Source: an uncultured Acidobacteriota bacterium
GTDB taxonomy: Bacteria > Acidobacteriota > Terriglobia > Acidiferrales > UBA7541
Reading direction: 5' to 3'
Assembly: GCA_963846235.1 (NCBI GenBank)
Contig: CAWJVF010000003.1
Location: forward strand, 205,372-269,371
Length of the DNA stretch: 64,000 nucleotides
The position numbers were made by a program, and so were the translations under genes. The first letter of the stretch is position 1. Every line of letters starts with the position of its first letter. The notes under the pieces are model-generated. The model was not told where the DNA came from and searched no databases. It saw only the letters and a program-made list of their open reading frames with translations. Below are positions 18,524 through 27,795 of this stretch, piece after piece.

Positions 18524-19659
18524 TCCTTACCGAATCGAATGACGGTTCCGTTAGGAAACTGGCCTTTCCGTCGATTTTCCTTGGCTTTAACGACTAACAA
18601 TTCGCCTTGCGATTCCATTGGCTTCAGAATTTGCAACTTAAAATGCGTCCTCATGAATGGCGTTTCGGAAATAACGAAATCCGTCAACTCTTCAATGGTT
18701 AGATCTGTGCCCTGAAATTTCGCCAGAATCATCCCCTTGAGCTGATCAAAGTTCGGTTCGTCGGGAAACAACTTGATAGTTTTGTCCGCGTCTGTGAAAT
18801 CCGAGAAGTGGAAGGAACCAGCAGGGTCAGCCTTCCACATTGCCTCCTTCATCTTTTCCAGACCCCGAAGGTTGTGCGTGCCGAAGAAGAGAAAATAGTC
18901 AGTCCGATTGCCACGGTTCAACATTTCGAAAGAGCGAACGTATTCGATCCCTGCCCCGCGCAACTGGTCACGATAGATGTCGTGAATCAGACGATGTCTC
19001 TCTTCGGGTTCGGCAACCTCCAGTACCTTCCTCCACTCCGTCGTTCCAAAGAGTCGGTCATACGTTTGGGCATAATCGGGAAGGTTCAGGAATCGATTGA
19101 TCTCCTCGTACATGAAGGTAATTAGAATCTCGCAACGTGGATTTTGCATGATGCGTTGCACGATGTGGAACGGTGTATGGGAAAAGCCGAATGGATCGAT
19201 GAAGACGAGACTGGGCGCTATTCTCTTCCTCTGTGCGTCGAGATCATCTAGCACACTACTCATCTGATCATCGAATTCCCCATGGACACAGTTCACATGG
19301 AATTTCGCGGGCAACGTCGGTTTGATGTCTGCAACTACTGCTTCCAGATGCTCGAAGCGATCTTGTTCCTTCTCAATAAAGATGAAAACAATCTCTGCCT
19401 TGGGTTTCGCACGGTGGTCGCGTGCCGCCGTGAGCGCGACCAGCGGTGATCCGTCTTTACCTCCACGGTATTTACCCGGTCCTGCAAATCCGTCTATGTA
19501 AAGCAGTCGCTGGCTGAAGGTGGCCATTATGGGAAGCCAAGCCTCCCAATAGCGGCGAAGGATGGTGTGCTTCGCTTGGGTATGTGGGTCTATCTCCCAG
19601 ATCGTCTCTAGTTTCTTAGCCAAAGTGACCAACCTTGCTGGTGACGAGTATATCAGCAT
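18520..19659 (-). CDS. tcmP: three-Cys-motif partner protein TcmP-like
   Basis: N-terminal WEIDPHTQAKHTILRRYWEAWLPIM, size about 380 aa, and the same operon as a DUF5131 gene. ATGA overlap with the PolX-like gene. Confidence 0.65.
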   Translation of the reverse strand: MLIYSSPARLVTLAKKLETIWEIDPHTQAKHTILRRYWEAWLPIMATFSQRLLYIDGFAGPGKYRGGKDGSPLVALTAARDHRAKPKAEIVFIFIEKEQDRFEHLEAVVADIKPTLPAKFHVNCVHGEFDDQMSSVLDDLDAQRKRIAPSLVFIDPFGFSHTPFHIVQRIMQNPRCEILITFMYEEINRFLNLPDYAQTYDRLFGTTEWRKVLEVAEPEERHRLIHDIYRDQLRGAGIEYVRSFEMLNRGNRTDYFLFFGTHNLRGLEKMKEAMWKADPAGSFHFSDFTDADKTIKLFPDEPNFDQLKGMILAKFQGTDLTIEELTDFVISETPFMRTHFKLQILKPMESQGELLVVKAKENRRKGQFPNGTVIRFGKE

Positions 19660-19769
19660 GTGAATTATCGTCTGAGTAAGAGTCTCGGCTAGCGAACGCG
19701 CTCACCGAGCTTGGCACGAACCTTCTGTCTTGCCGTCACGTCCCTCGGGGCACCTCCCGTCCGTTTAAG

Positions 19770-19994
19770 TCACGCTTCAAGTTCTGCGACTTTGAGATTG
19801 TAAAAAGCGGACTCGCAAACCTCGACGCGGAGCGTACCCGTATCGAGAGATCCTTCACGGCTCCAATCGCTGCGCCGGAATTGCTGCAACGCCAAAGCGC
19901 CAGCTTCGAACAAGCTTCCAGCCGCGACCTCCGCTACGTGTTCCACGCCTTCGCCATCGCGGAACGACACCACGCAGCGGCGCGGCTGGCCCAT
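19770..19994 (-). CDS. small hypothetical protein upstream of the tcmP operon
   Basis: 74-aa ORF on the same strand, 110 nt upstream of tcmP. Confidence 0.35.
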   Translation of the reverse strand: MGQPRRCVVSFRDGEGVEHVAEVAAGSLFEAGALALQQFRRSDWSREGSLDTGTLRVEVCESAFYNLKVAELEA

Positions 19995-20121
19995 GAACGC
20001 ATTCTATCATCTTCGCCATATATTCGCCTTGCGTGCTAAGATGCGCAGCACCGGAGGACTAGTCGTGAATCCGAACCTGGAATAGAATTGCGGCCCCGCA
20101 ACGAATCCGAAGGAGACACTT

Positions 20122-21318
20122 ATGAAACCGCGCTGCTTGTTTTGGCATTCGGTGATCGGCTTCTTCGCGTTCGTCTTAATGATTTTGAGTGGCAGTCAAA
20201 CAGCGGAGGCGCAGGGCGCACAAAACGGATTACCTCAAATCACTGAGTTGAAGGCAATCTCATTCCAGAAGACAAACGCGCTCAATGTCACATCGCTCTC
20301 GTACCAAGATTTGGCAAACACGATCAGGTTAGCTGAGGACTACACCCGCGGGAACCAAGCACTTTCGGGTTATCACGAGCCGGTGCTTACACGCGGTGCC
20401 ACAGGAGTCGCGGTATTCAGAAACGTCTCGCCAAGCGTCGTACTCATCGTCGTAGGCAACGATAAAGACGTCACTGGCCTGGGCGCTGGCGTGATACTAA
20501 ATCAATCCGGCAATATATTAACGAATTGGCATGTAATCACTGGCACAACGTCTGGAATCGCATTCCTGAAGCCTCAGGGAAGCGCGGACGTCGCAAATAG
20601 TACTGCCTACGGACTCCGGCTAATCGCTCAAGACGAAACTTTAGACCTCGCCCTTCTTCAGATTGTAAAACCGCCTACTGATCTGCATCCAGTCGCGATG
20701 GGAAATATTTCCTTGGTCCAGATCGCGCAAGATATACACGTGATCGGTCATCCCGAAGGTAATCTATGGTCGTACAGCACTGGCGTCGTCAGCCAGATAA
20801 GGGATAATTACGAGTGGTCATACACTGACGGCTCAAAGCACAAATCCAAAGTACTTCAACTGCAAACCGCGATTAATCCTGGGAACTCTGGCGGGCCTGT
20901 TGTTGACGATCAGGGACGACTCCTTGGGTTGGTAGCTATGAGCCAAGAGGGCCAGAATCTGGATTACGCCGTTGCAGCTGATGTTATTCAGGGGTTCCTT
21001 CAGACGGCGGTCTCAAGCCGCGCCAGAGGCGGTGCCAGCGAAGGATCTGGTCAGCACGCCGAATATTCATCTGGTCGTCTACAGGATGGCCGACCCGTCC
21101 TGAAAGCTGTGTACCCAGACTTTACTGAGTATGTGGTTACGGATCAGAATGGGAAAGCGGTCGAACTCGCTCTTGAGACATCGGCCGGCGTGCGTCTTGT
21201 GGGTTCGGAGCCGAACTCGTTTTCTGGATTCAAAGAATGGTTAATTACACTGCCAAACGGAGCTTCAGTCCGAGCACAAGGGAACGGTGCGATTCCCGAT
21301 CACTTCAGCGCCAGATAA
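20122..21318 (+). CDS. secreted trypsin-like (S1C/HtrA-type) serine protease without PDZ
   Basis: Catalytic triad contexts TNWHVI, DLALLQI and GNSGGPVVD. N-terminal signal peptide. Confidence 0.85.
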   Translation: MKPRCLFWHSVIGFFAFVLMILSGSQTAEAQGAQNGLPQITELKAISFQKTNALNVTSLSYQDLANTIRLAEDYTRGNQALSGYHEPVLTRGATGVAVFRNVSPSVVLIVVGNDKDVTGLGAGVILNQSGNILTNWHVITGTTSGIAFLKPQGSADVANSTAYGLRLIAQDETLDLALLQIVKPPTDLHPVAMGNISLVQIAQDIHVIGHPEGNLWSYSTGVVSQIRDNYEWSYTDGSKHKSKVLQLQTAINPGNSGGPVVDDQGRLLGLVAMSQEGQNLDYAVAADVIQGFLQTAVSSRARGGASEGSGQHAEYSSGRLQDGRPVLKAVYPDFTEYVVTDQNGKAVELALETSAGVRLVGSEPNSFSGFKEWLITLPNGASVRAQGNGAIPDHFSAR

Positions 21319-21325
21319 GAGCCAA

Positions 21326-24300
21326 CTAATCACCGATCAGGATGAACGGAGCCCAGTAGAAGGGATTACTGAAGGGCTTGCCCTTCGCAAAGAGGAACGA
21401 GCGTGCTCCTGCGAGGGCCTCGGCTTTGGATTTACCAGCAATTAGATTTCTATAATATTCTTCCATAAGTATCTGCGTTGACTCGTCTGAAACCTGCCAA
21501 AGGCTAACGGTAACGCTTTCGGCTCCGGCGCTCATAAAGGCTCTCCCTAAGCTCATTACACCCTCAGTCCGACTGAGAACACCGCTGCCGGTGTTACATG
21601 CCGAAAGCACAACGGTGTCCGCTTGAATTTTGAATCCGAGTATCTCGGAGATTGAGAGCAGCATGTGTTCAGGAGCAAAGCCGTCATACGAAAGAACGAG
21701 AGCGGGTTCTTTTATGTTCGAATTGACGGGCAATATTCCATGCGTAGCAAAGTGCAAAAACCGGAATCTGGTCAAGTCTGTGTCTGAAAGTCTCTCCTTG
21801 GTCGCATCTGAGCCCAAACGGAGTTCAGCAGTTTGCCCCTTACTCTCGAATAGTTTCGCAATTTCCTCAACCTCTGTAGCGGTTCCGGGTAATCTCTCAA
21901 AAGATAGTCCACGAGACTTGATTTTCTCGACGGTTTGGACTTCCAGTTCGGAGTCAGTCTCATTGGCTGTGGGTAGCGGACCTCGTTTGGGCGAGAGAAC
22001 GCTGACCAACTCGTACCGATTGTCCTCGGGAGAAGTTATGGGATCGCCTATTCCCAAGAAAGCCTCTTCCCAACTCCCAACGCGCCCAGCTGTCCGAGCG
22101 AGTCGGAGTGCCGCAGCTGAAGGGTAATAGGCGGTAGGAATACCCAACAATGGAAAGCGGCCCCTTGAAGCCTCGGGCGACAGTAGCTCAAACGGTAAGA
22201 CGGAGAGCACATCGTCAGGGATGAAAACGATGCTCTTTGAATCCAGCAAAGTTTTCGATAACGATTCGGGAAATAGTGCGATGAAGAGTTCTTCCGAATT
22301 CCGCCAGTCAATCTGGTCAGGTCGGGCGCTATTGAGGGCGGCTCGTAATTTAGATACTCGGTCCTCAAACCACTGCCGCGGCTTTGATACTTGGTCAAAA
22401 TCTAAGAGTTCGACCTTATTCCCTGTGTTTCTCGCGATCCAAATTAGCGTGGACTCGTCTGTAACCTTCAATTCGACTAAGGTCTCGCCCTTTCGCACAG
22501 GCAAGCTATCCAAGGTTACTTGCTGCGGATAGGCCACAGCCGCATATTGAGGATGTGTCAGTCTGAGACTCTCAACGAAACTCTCTATTTCCTTTTCGAC
22601 TGCTGGGTCCGCCTTCAAGCCCTGGTCTTCGTCCCGAAGCTGATCGCGTCTTACGAGTAATGCATGTTCCTTCTGCTGCAGATCTGCCGGCAGTGTCCGT
22701 CTCAATGCTGCAGTAAAGCTTCGGCCCCACGAATCTGAAAATTGGCGGGCCTTATTTGTCTCGGTGTACTGCAGTGCTAGTGATGCCAGTCTGCTTCGTT
22801 CTGCCTCGGATTTAGCGGCGGCGCTCATCGCGTATAGGGTCGAGGTCATTTCGTCGTATATGAATGCATAAGATTCAGAAACTGACCGTTGAGTATTTGG
22901 ATCGCCTTGGCCTTTAACGTTTTCAAGTAGTGAAATCAGTTCTTTGTAGAACCTAAAAGCCTGCTCTAGATTACCTCTTGCTCGTTCCAGACCTGCCTCT
23001 CCGTAGAGCAAACGACCTTGTAAGTACAAGTCCTTAGAATTAGCGGCGAGATGTCTCGCCTGATTTAGAGACGATGTCGAGGCTGCAAGATCTCCATTCT
23101 TCCGCTGGGCTTCCGCCAAACTGGTTAGCCAACCCGCTTGACAGTCGGTGTCGCGACTCCGAACGCATGAGTGATAGCCGGTCTCTGACGTTGTTATAGC
23201 CTCAGCGAAGCGCCCTGTTTGGACATACATTTCTACGAGTTCTCCATCAAGTTGGGATCGAAAGGGACCAATCTTTATCCCCTCAGAGTAGTACTTCATC
23301 GCCTTGTCGAAATCCCTAACTGAAGAGGCGCGGTCGCCGAAAATGTTCACAAGCGCGGTGTACGCCGTCACGGTGCCCTGTGGATTGTTTAAGGATTGAA
23401 AAAGTTCCAGAGATTTTTCTGCAGCGGTCGCCGCGTCCTCTGAACGTCCCAGAATGCCGTAGAATGTGGACAACGTCATGTAAGCGTATGCTGTCTGCGT
23501 CAAATCTCCAGACTGATTCACGAATTGCACAGCTTTTTGCGCAGCTATAATCGTAGATTCGATCTCACCCTGCTGGTAATAGATTTGACTCAGAGTTCCC
23601 TGTATCCAGTACCGGGTAATCGGGGGCGCATCGGCGTGCGTGGCAATGCTCTCCGAGTCGAGACAAACTTTCAAAGCTGAATCGTATTGCTTTTGCAAAA
23701 AGAGATCTTCACAAACGAAGAAAAGCGCTACAGCCTCCAATTTGGCGTCACCTAGTTGATGCTCCTCAGTCGCTGCTCTCCGATGGAAGTCAACCGCATT
23801 GCGGTAGTCTCGTAACAATTGGTAGGCAGTGCCCGTGCTCACGGACGCTTGGGCAATAAGTGGATGATTGTTTATTCCAGAAGCCAATTGTTGAGCATCC
23901 CGGAAGTATGCCAGCGCGGTTTTGTTGTCGGTGTTTGCGGAATAATAAGAACCAATCGCCAGCTTCACTACGGCTTCAGCGCTCAAGTTCTTGGCTTGGT
24001 GATATAGGGTTTCCGCGGTCTTCAAAGATTCGAGCCGCATGTTCTTGAATTCTTGGGAGTCTGCCGCCGCTAAAGCGTCGGCCATGCGAACCCAAGTATT
24101 CGCGACGGCAGCAGCATTCCCTGCGGTTCCATAAAGTTCAATTGCTTGCTTAAACTCGGCTATAGCTTCTTTGTATAATTTGGTACCAGCCAAAGCAGAA
24201 GCTACGGCAGAGTGCAGTTCTGGGTCTTTGGGACTGGCGGCGAGGAACTTTTGTAGAGAAGCGAGAGCCGAAGTCAGATCATTAACTGCGATTTGGGCCG

Positions 24301-26371
24301 TCGTTATTGCTGCATTCGCCAGATTGGTGGTTTGTACGTCCTGAGTCCTCTCCGCCGTCTCTTTGCATTCCGCGGCCTCCTGTTTTGCCAGTTCCGGCTT
24401 ATGTTGCTGGGCATATGCAATCGTCAATTGGCAAAGCGGGGTGACAAGAACTGCGTCAGAATTCGGAATTTGCCTTGCAGCCGATTCGGCCTGCTTTGCG
24501 TAGCGCTCAGCGAGGTCAGGCTTCGCTTCCGCCGTCAGAAAGTGATTTGATAAGGCATTAAGAATTGGAAGTTCGGGGATGCCGAGTAGAGGGCCTATTT
24601 GGTCAATAATTTGCTCCAAAGCCGCTGGGCCATCGGGCTCTTGCACAACTTGGGACGGCAGATTCAGCACGCGATTCCAGTTGTCGTCTTTACTCAGTTC
24701 TGCCGGAACACCATTCCAAATAAATAAGATTTCTGAGTACCACAAAGCATCAGTGAGTTTTCCGTCGGTCATTGCTTTCGTAACGGCGTCTTGGACCTTC
24801 AGTGCTTCCAGTCGCCCTCTCACGTAGGTAATGGTCTGCTGAAGTGCTTGGTCATCCTTCAGTTTCTGAAGCACTGGAACGGCCTTTTCGAGTTCAACTA
24901 ATTCGTTGATTGGAAGCTGAAGACCCTTGTAAACATCTGCGAGTCGGGCGTACATCTCGATAACGAGTTTGCCGTCAATCTCCGAATCCGTAGGACCGGG
25001 CTTTATGAGAGTTTGCGCATTTTCGAGCACCGTCCTAGCTTCTTGAAGCTTGCCCGCCGGCTGATAAATTTCGGCCAACACAAGGTTTGTCGTAAATTGA
25101 CTCTGTCTGCTATGGTGTTTCTCCGCAAGATCTAGTACCTGTTCTTCTAACGGAACCGCTTCCTCTCCTCTTTTGTTCCGAATAAGCAGCTGAGATTCGG
25201 CAACTAGTGCTTGGGACAGCTGATCGTCATTTCCCAGACCACGCCATGACTCGATTGATTTGGTAAAGAAATTCAGCGCATTCGGAACGTCATTCTTGGT
25301 CTTATAAATTCCAGCAATCTTAGCCGCGGCCTCCGCCTCAGCGAATCTGAAACCGGCTTCTATTGAGAGCGAATACAGTTCATTCCAAACCTGAAGAGCC
25401 TTATCGGTTTGCTGAGCTGCCTCGTAGCCTTGAGCTAGAGCCTCCAATAACGTCGCTTTTATGAACGGCAATGTCGCAGCTGTTCTAAATGGTCCGGGCA
25501 GTTGTTCGGCGTGGCCATCCTTCAGAACCTCTCCGTTTCGAGTCGCCTCCAGGAAAGCGACACCCTTCTCCGGTTCGCCGTTGTGAACGTAAATGGCCCC
25601 TAGTGCGTTCTGCGCCTGTACGAGGGCTATGTAGTTTTGCTGGCGGACAGCTAAATCCCGTGCTGCTTCAAATTCGGAGATTGCTTTGGCTAGATCGGGT
25701 TGTGGTTGCGATATGGTTGCAAATGCTGCATAGACTCTGTGAAGGGCTTCGAACGTATAGTGATTAACTTGATCGATATTTAGCGCTTCCTCAACTGACT
25801 TTCGTCCTTGATCAATTTGACCAGATGCTATCTGCAGCCGGGCCAATTCACCTAGGACATGAGCCCTCTCATAAAGGCTCTTGCTTTGATTAGCACGGTC
25901 TAGAGCTTTGGAGACAAGTTCAATTGCTCCTGGGAAATTTGCTTGAAACTGAGGCGCGATTGAAAGCGCAACCAACACTTCTGCTTGAAGGACGAGGTTC
26001 GAAGACTCGATTGCATCCTGAAAACTTGCTTGATAGAGCTTTACGGATTCATCCAGCTTCCCTAAGACGAAATATCCAATTGCTACAGAGTCCTCCGCAA
26101 TCGCACGGTCTCCTACCAACCCCTTCGTCTTAGCCAAATCAAGAGCCGCTTTCGCATCTGCGAAGGCACTTTCGTAATCGCCGGAATCAGATTTCGATTC
26201 AGCCGATGTGAGTAAGTTTCTAACTTCTTGATCGCTCGCCTGTAATTCGGGTGGAGTGTAACGGTTTGCGGCGGGCTCTTGCTGGGTATGAGCGACTAGG
26301 GACAATAATAGACAGACGAATACACCCACAAAGAACCTGAGCTTCGGACAATCAATTGGGCTGGCTTCCAT
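21326..26371 (-). CDS. giant TPR-repeat protein with C-terminal CHAT (caspase-like) domain, N-terminal signal/anchor
   Basis: About 1300 aa of TPR-like repeats, then CHAT His and Cys contexts HFATHG and VVLSACNTG. Hydrophobic N-terminus FFVGVFVCLLLSLVAHT. Confidence 0.85.
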   Translation of the reverse strand: MEASPIDCPKLRFFVGVFVCLLLSLVAHTQQEPAANRYTPPELQASDQEVRNLLTSAESKSDSGDYESAFADAKAALDLAKTKGLVGDRAIAEDSVAIGYFVLGKLDESVKLYQASFQDAIESSNLVLQAEVLVALSIAPQFQANFPGAIELVSKALDRANQSKSLYERAHVLGELARLQIASGQIDQGRKSVEEALNIDQVNHYTFEALHRVYAAFATISQPQPDLAKAISEFEAARDLAVRQQNYIALVQAQNALGAIYVHNGEPEKGVAFLEATRNGEVLKDGHAEQLPGPFRTAATLPFIKATLLEALAQGYEAAQQTDKALQVWNELYSLSIEAGFRFAEAEAAAKIAGIYKTKNDVPNALNFFTKSIESWRGLGNDDQLSQALVAESQLLIRNKRGEEAVPLEEQVLDLAEKHHSRQSQFTTNLVLAEIYQPAGKLQEARTVLENAQTLIKPGPTDSEIDGKLVIEMYARLADVYKGLQLPINELVELEKAVPVLQKLKDDQALQQTITYVRGRLEALKVQDAVTKAMTDGKLTDALWYSEILFIWNGVPAELSKDDNWNRVLNLPSQVVQEPDGPAALEQIIDQIGPLLGIPELPILNALSNHFLTAEAKPDLAERYAKQAESAARQIPNSDAVLVTPLCQLTIAYAQQHKPELAKQEAAECKETAERTQDVQTTNLANAAITTAQIAVNDLTSALASLQKFLAASPKDPELHSAVASALAGTKLYKEAIAEFKQAIELYGTAGNAAAVANTWVRMADALAAADSQEFKNMRLESLKTAETLYHQAKNLSAEAVVKLAIGSYYSANTDNKTALAYFRDAQQLASGINNHPLIAQASVSTGTAYQLLRDYRNAVDFHRRAATEEHQLGDAKLEAVALFFVCEDLFLQKQYDSALKVCLDSESIATHADAPPITRYWIQGTLSQIYYQQGEIESTIIAAQKAVQFVNQSGDLTQTAYAYMTLSTFYGILGRSEDAATAAEKSLELFQSLNNPQGTVTAYTALVNIFGDRASSVRDFDKAMKYYSEGIKIGPFRSQLDGELVEMYVQTGRFAEAITTSETGYHSCVRSRDTDCQAGWLTSLAEAQRKNGDLAASTSSLNQARHLAANSKDLYLQGRLLYGEAGLERARGNLEQAFRFYKELISLLENVKGQGDPNTQRSVSESYAFIYDEMTSTLYAMSAAAKSEAERSRLASLALQYTETNKARQFSDSWGRSFTAALRRTLPADLQQKEHALLVRRDQLRDEDQGLKADPAVEKEIESFVESLRLTHPQYAAVAYPQQVTLDSLPVRKGETLVELKVTDESTLIWIARNTGNKVELLDFDQVSKPRQWFEDRVSKLRAALNSARPDQIDWRNSEELFIALFPESLSKTLLDSKSIVFIPDDVLSVLPFELLSPEASRGRFPLLGIPTAYYPSAAALRLARTAGRVGSWEEAFLGIGDPITSPEDNRYELVSVLSPKRGPLPTANETDSELEVQTVEKIKSRGLSFERLPGTATEVEEIAKLFESKGQTAELRLGSDATKERLSDTDLTRFRFLHFATHGILPVNSNIKEPALVLSYDGFAPEHMLLSISEILGFKIQADTVVLSACNTGSGVLSRTEGVMSLGRAFMSAGAESVTVSLWQVSDESTQILMEEYYRNLIAGKSKAEALAGARSFLFAKGKPFSNPFYWAPFILIGD

Positions 26372-26475
26372 TGCTGAAGTTCGTGGCCAAGAGGGTATCA
26401 CCTAACGGGCGAGTCATGGTACGGCACTGGTACGTGCGGCGGATGGGACACCCGACTCTGCGTTATTACTATCCG

Positions 26476-26673
26476 CTACTTCTTCTTCGCGGGTGGTGGC
26501 GGAGGAGGCGGTGGAGGGGGCGGCGGCGGAACGTAGCCCTTCTTGACCGGGGGAGGGGATGGTGGAGGAGGAACATAACCCCTCTTCTCCGGTGGAGGAG
26601 GTGGAGGCGTGTAGCCGTCACCGGTCTGACTTCTCTTGCCGCTTCCTAAACCGCCTGATTTGCCCGGTTTCAC
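26476..26673 (-). CDS. possible proline-rich microprotein, or C-terminal tail of the upstream membrane protein
   Basis: GTG start with GAGGTG upstream, directly after the stop codon of 26682..27110. It encodes three (K/R)(K/R)GY(V/T)PPPP repeats and ends in a P13 run. It could be non-coding G-rich DNA. Confidence 0.3.
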   Translation of the reverse strand: MKPGKSGGLGSGKRSQTGDGYTPPPPPPEKRGYVPPPPSPPPVKKGYVPPPPPPPPPPPPPAKKK

Positions 26674-26681
26674 GGAGCACC

Positions 26682-27110
26682 TCAATTCTTGATGTTGGCG
26701 AGCGAAAACCACGCGAGTAGTACGATCCCAGCGACACAGCTCAGACCGGAAATAACATTCAGCACTCCGGTCAGAATCGAAAAGCCTCCGCCAACTCTTC
26801 CGTCGCCCACCGTTCCGTCGTCTACTTGCGTTATCGCCTTGCGAAGCGCCCACTGGCTGAAGAGCATGGACGCCAAAATTAACAATAGACTGAGACTGAG
26901 GCACATCCACGACCATTCCAATCGCTGAATAGAGACTCTCGTTGATTGACCAATGATATCTTTCAGAAACGTAATCGACAGACCCAATGCGCCACCGGAC
27001 AACGTCATGACGGTCTTGTCGTAGGCCTCAGACGCCTTTTGATCGGCGGCAATTAGGAAATCCCGGTAAGCGGACATCTCCGCCGACGAAGCTTCGCGCT
27101 CTGCAGCCAT
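26682..27110 (-). CDS. small integral membrane protein
   Basis: 142 aa with three hydrophobic segments. No recognisable family. Confidence 0.5.
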   Translation of the reverse strand: MAAEREASSAEMSAYRDFLIAADQKASEAYDKTVMTLSGGALGLSITFLKDIIGQSTRVSIQRLEWSWMCLSLSLLLILASMLFSQWALRKAITQVDDGTVGDGRVGGGFSILTGVLNVISGLSCVAGIVLLAWFSLANIKN

Positions 27111-27230
27111 CGGGCCACCCCGGCCGATTATAGGCCCATTGGTCCCCGATTGAATCTCGGGTCAGGGCGTTGGTTTCCGGCCTCTAACTTTTTAAGATAG
27201 AATCGCCGCCCCGCTCTAACGGAGCATTCA

Positions 27231-27461
27231 ATGACAAAGCGCACAGGGTTCTTACAGCTTGAAGAAATACCGCTGAGCCGAGTCGGCGTATCTATACGGG
27301 CATATGGCAAGAGAAAGAATTATGTGGGCCGCGTGGAAATCAATCACGCCGGACTCGCCGCCTTTACCGGGCCGAAAGGTAAGAAGTGCATTGCGAATCT
27401 AAGTTGGGAAAAGCTGTTCGCAACGTTGTCGAATCACGTGAGGAAAACTCCGGCCCGCTGA
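27231..27461 (+). CDS. hypothetical protein
   Basis: 76-aa basic ORF with no motif. Confidence 0.3.
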   Translation: MTKRTGFLQLEEIPLSRVGVSIRAYGKRKNYVGRVEINHAGLAAFTGPKGKKCIANLSWEKLFATLSNHVRKTPAR

Positions 27462-27795
27462 CTTGCACTACAGATCGTGCCCCCTTCAACAGACGGGCGA
27501 GATTTTCAGCCTGCGAATAACTCAGCTCGTAGATACCATTTCAATTGACAGGCGCTTGCACCACATGCATAGTGTGCGCGACTTTCTCCTCTCTCAAGCG
27601 AACATCCGGGAAAATCAATACTCGACTTGAGCCGGAAGGGCCCAGGTTCACGGTGTTTTCCGCTTACGTAAACGATTGGCAAGACAGAGGACTTATGAAA
27701 AAGAACGCTGTGGCTAAAGAACTGTTTGCTGGCAGTTATCCTTTTTATCGCTGTAATGTCATTTCCTGGGGGCGCGTTAGCCCAGGGTTTCCGCG

